A stretch of 32,000 nt of DNA from Nitrososphaera viennensis EN76. GTDB lineage: Archaea; Thermoproteota; Nitrososphaeria; Nitrososphaerales; Nitrososphaeraceae. The stretch spans positions 660,001 through 692,000 of the forward strand of contig NZ_CP007536.1 in assembly GCF_000698785.1 (NCBI RefSeq), written 5' to 3'. Of this stretch, positions 31,643 to 32,000 are shown in pieces (position 1 is the first letter of the stretch; each line of letters begins with the position of its first letter). The position numbers were made by a program, and so were the translations under genes. A model generated the notes under the pieces. It searched no databases. It was given only the letters and a program-made list of their open reading frames with translations, and was not told the origin of the DNA.

Positions 31643-32000
31643 ATGAAGGCCGTCAGGGTTGAGGATGCCGACATACGCAAGCCCATAGTCATAGCGGCCA
31701 TGCAGGACATGGGCAACGTCGGGAGCATCGCCATCGACTTTATCAACAAGAGCCTCGGCACGCGGCCATTCAGGCACATCTCGATCCCGTTCCCAAATTA
31801 TGTCGTCGACAACGGCGGGCACATCGATTTTCAGCGGGAAAAGTGGGAGTACAGGTACGGCTCTGGCGGGTCGGTCGTGGTATTTGGAGGCGGGATGGGC
31901 CAGCCCCAGACCAACCAAGAGCTTTATGACCTGTGCGAAGATGTCATCGACATCGCAAGGCAGTATTCTGCCCAGCTCGTGTACACGCTCGGTGCGTTCC
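31643..32000 (+). CDS. PAC2-family (proteasome assembly chaperone-like) protein; 3' end lies beyond the right window edge
   Basis: Missing from the ORF track because there is no stop in the window. My translation from ATG 31643 reads MKAVRVEDADIRKPIVIAAMQDMGNVGSIAIDFINKSL...VVVFGGGMGQPQTNQELYDLCEDVIDIARQYSAQLVYTLGAF, a typical PAC2/DUF75 N-terminal pattern. Confidence 0.6.
   Translation, partial: MKAVRVEDADIRKPIVIAAMQDMGNVGSIAIDFINKSLGTRPFRHISIPFPNYVVDNGGHIDFQREKWEYRYGSGGSVVVFGGGMGQPQTNQELYDLCEDVIDIARQYSAQLVYTLGAF

Noticed and set aside
1-32000. Scan for tRNA, rRNA, CRISPR arrays, transposases or integrases, and terminal inverted repeats
   Set aside because: I saw no T-loop/acceptor combinations, no regularly spaced repeats and no recombinase-like ORFs. 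A by-eye scan can miss small RNAs such as C/D-box sRNAs; no convincing RUGAUGA...CUGA pair was seen in the spacers.

Overview
The window looks like a compact archaeal chromosome segment, most likely from an ammonia-oxidising thaumarchaeon of the Nitrososphaera type. That placement is an inference from gene content: fni next to ipk (archaeal mevalonate route), archaeal uS13/uS4, an ESCRT-III/CdvB-like protein, Thi4, CofE, a GPN-loop GTPase, a PAC2 chaperone, and about 55% GC in coding regions. About 37 protein genes are supportable. Two of them (fni at the left edge, PAC2 at the right edge) are missing from the supplied ORF track because they run off the window. I found no tRNA, rRNA, CRISPR array, transposase or integrase. 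Most of the window is housekeeping: isoprenoid, inositol, thiamine, cysteine, threonine, F420, hexosamine and polyamine metabolism, ribosomal proteins and a copper-exporting ATPase. The features most worth follow-up are:
- A translationally coupled AAA+ ATPase/VWA pair led by a 40-codon ORF, with no obvious client gene.
- A Roadblock/LC7-like gene directly upstream of a GPN-loop GTPase.
- An archaemetzincin-like protein that keeps the Cys-cluster spacing but has lost HEXXH.
- A TusA-like/cysteine synthase-like operon.
- A SerB-like HAD protein with a D-x-E motif I, sitting next to cofE.
- Two AT-rich ORFan islands flanking thi4, which encode small secreted Cys-pair proteins.
- Ala/Pro/Gly/Lys low-complexity tails on uS13 and uS4.
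- A repeated 11-mer placed beside both TATA boxes of the wHTH/glmS divergent promoter.

Nothing here is demonstrably a new system from sequence alone. All functional calls rest on motif recognition without database searches.
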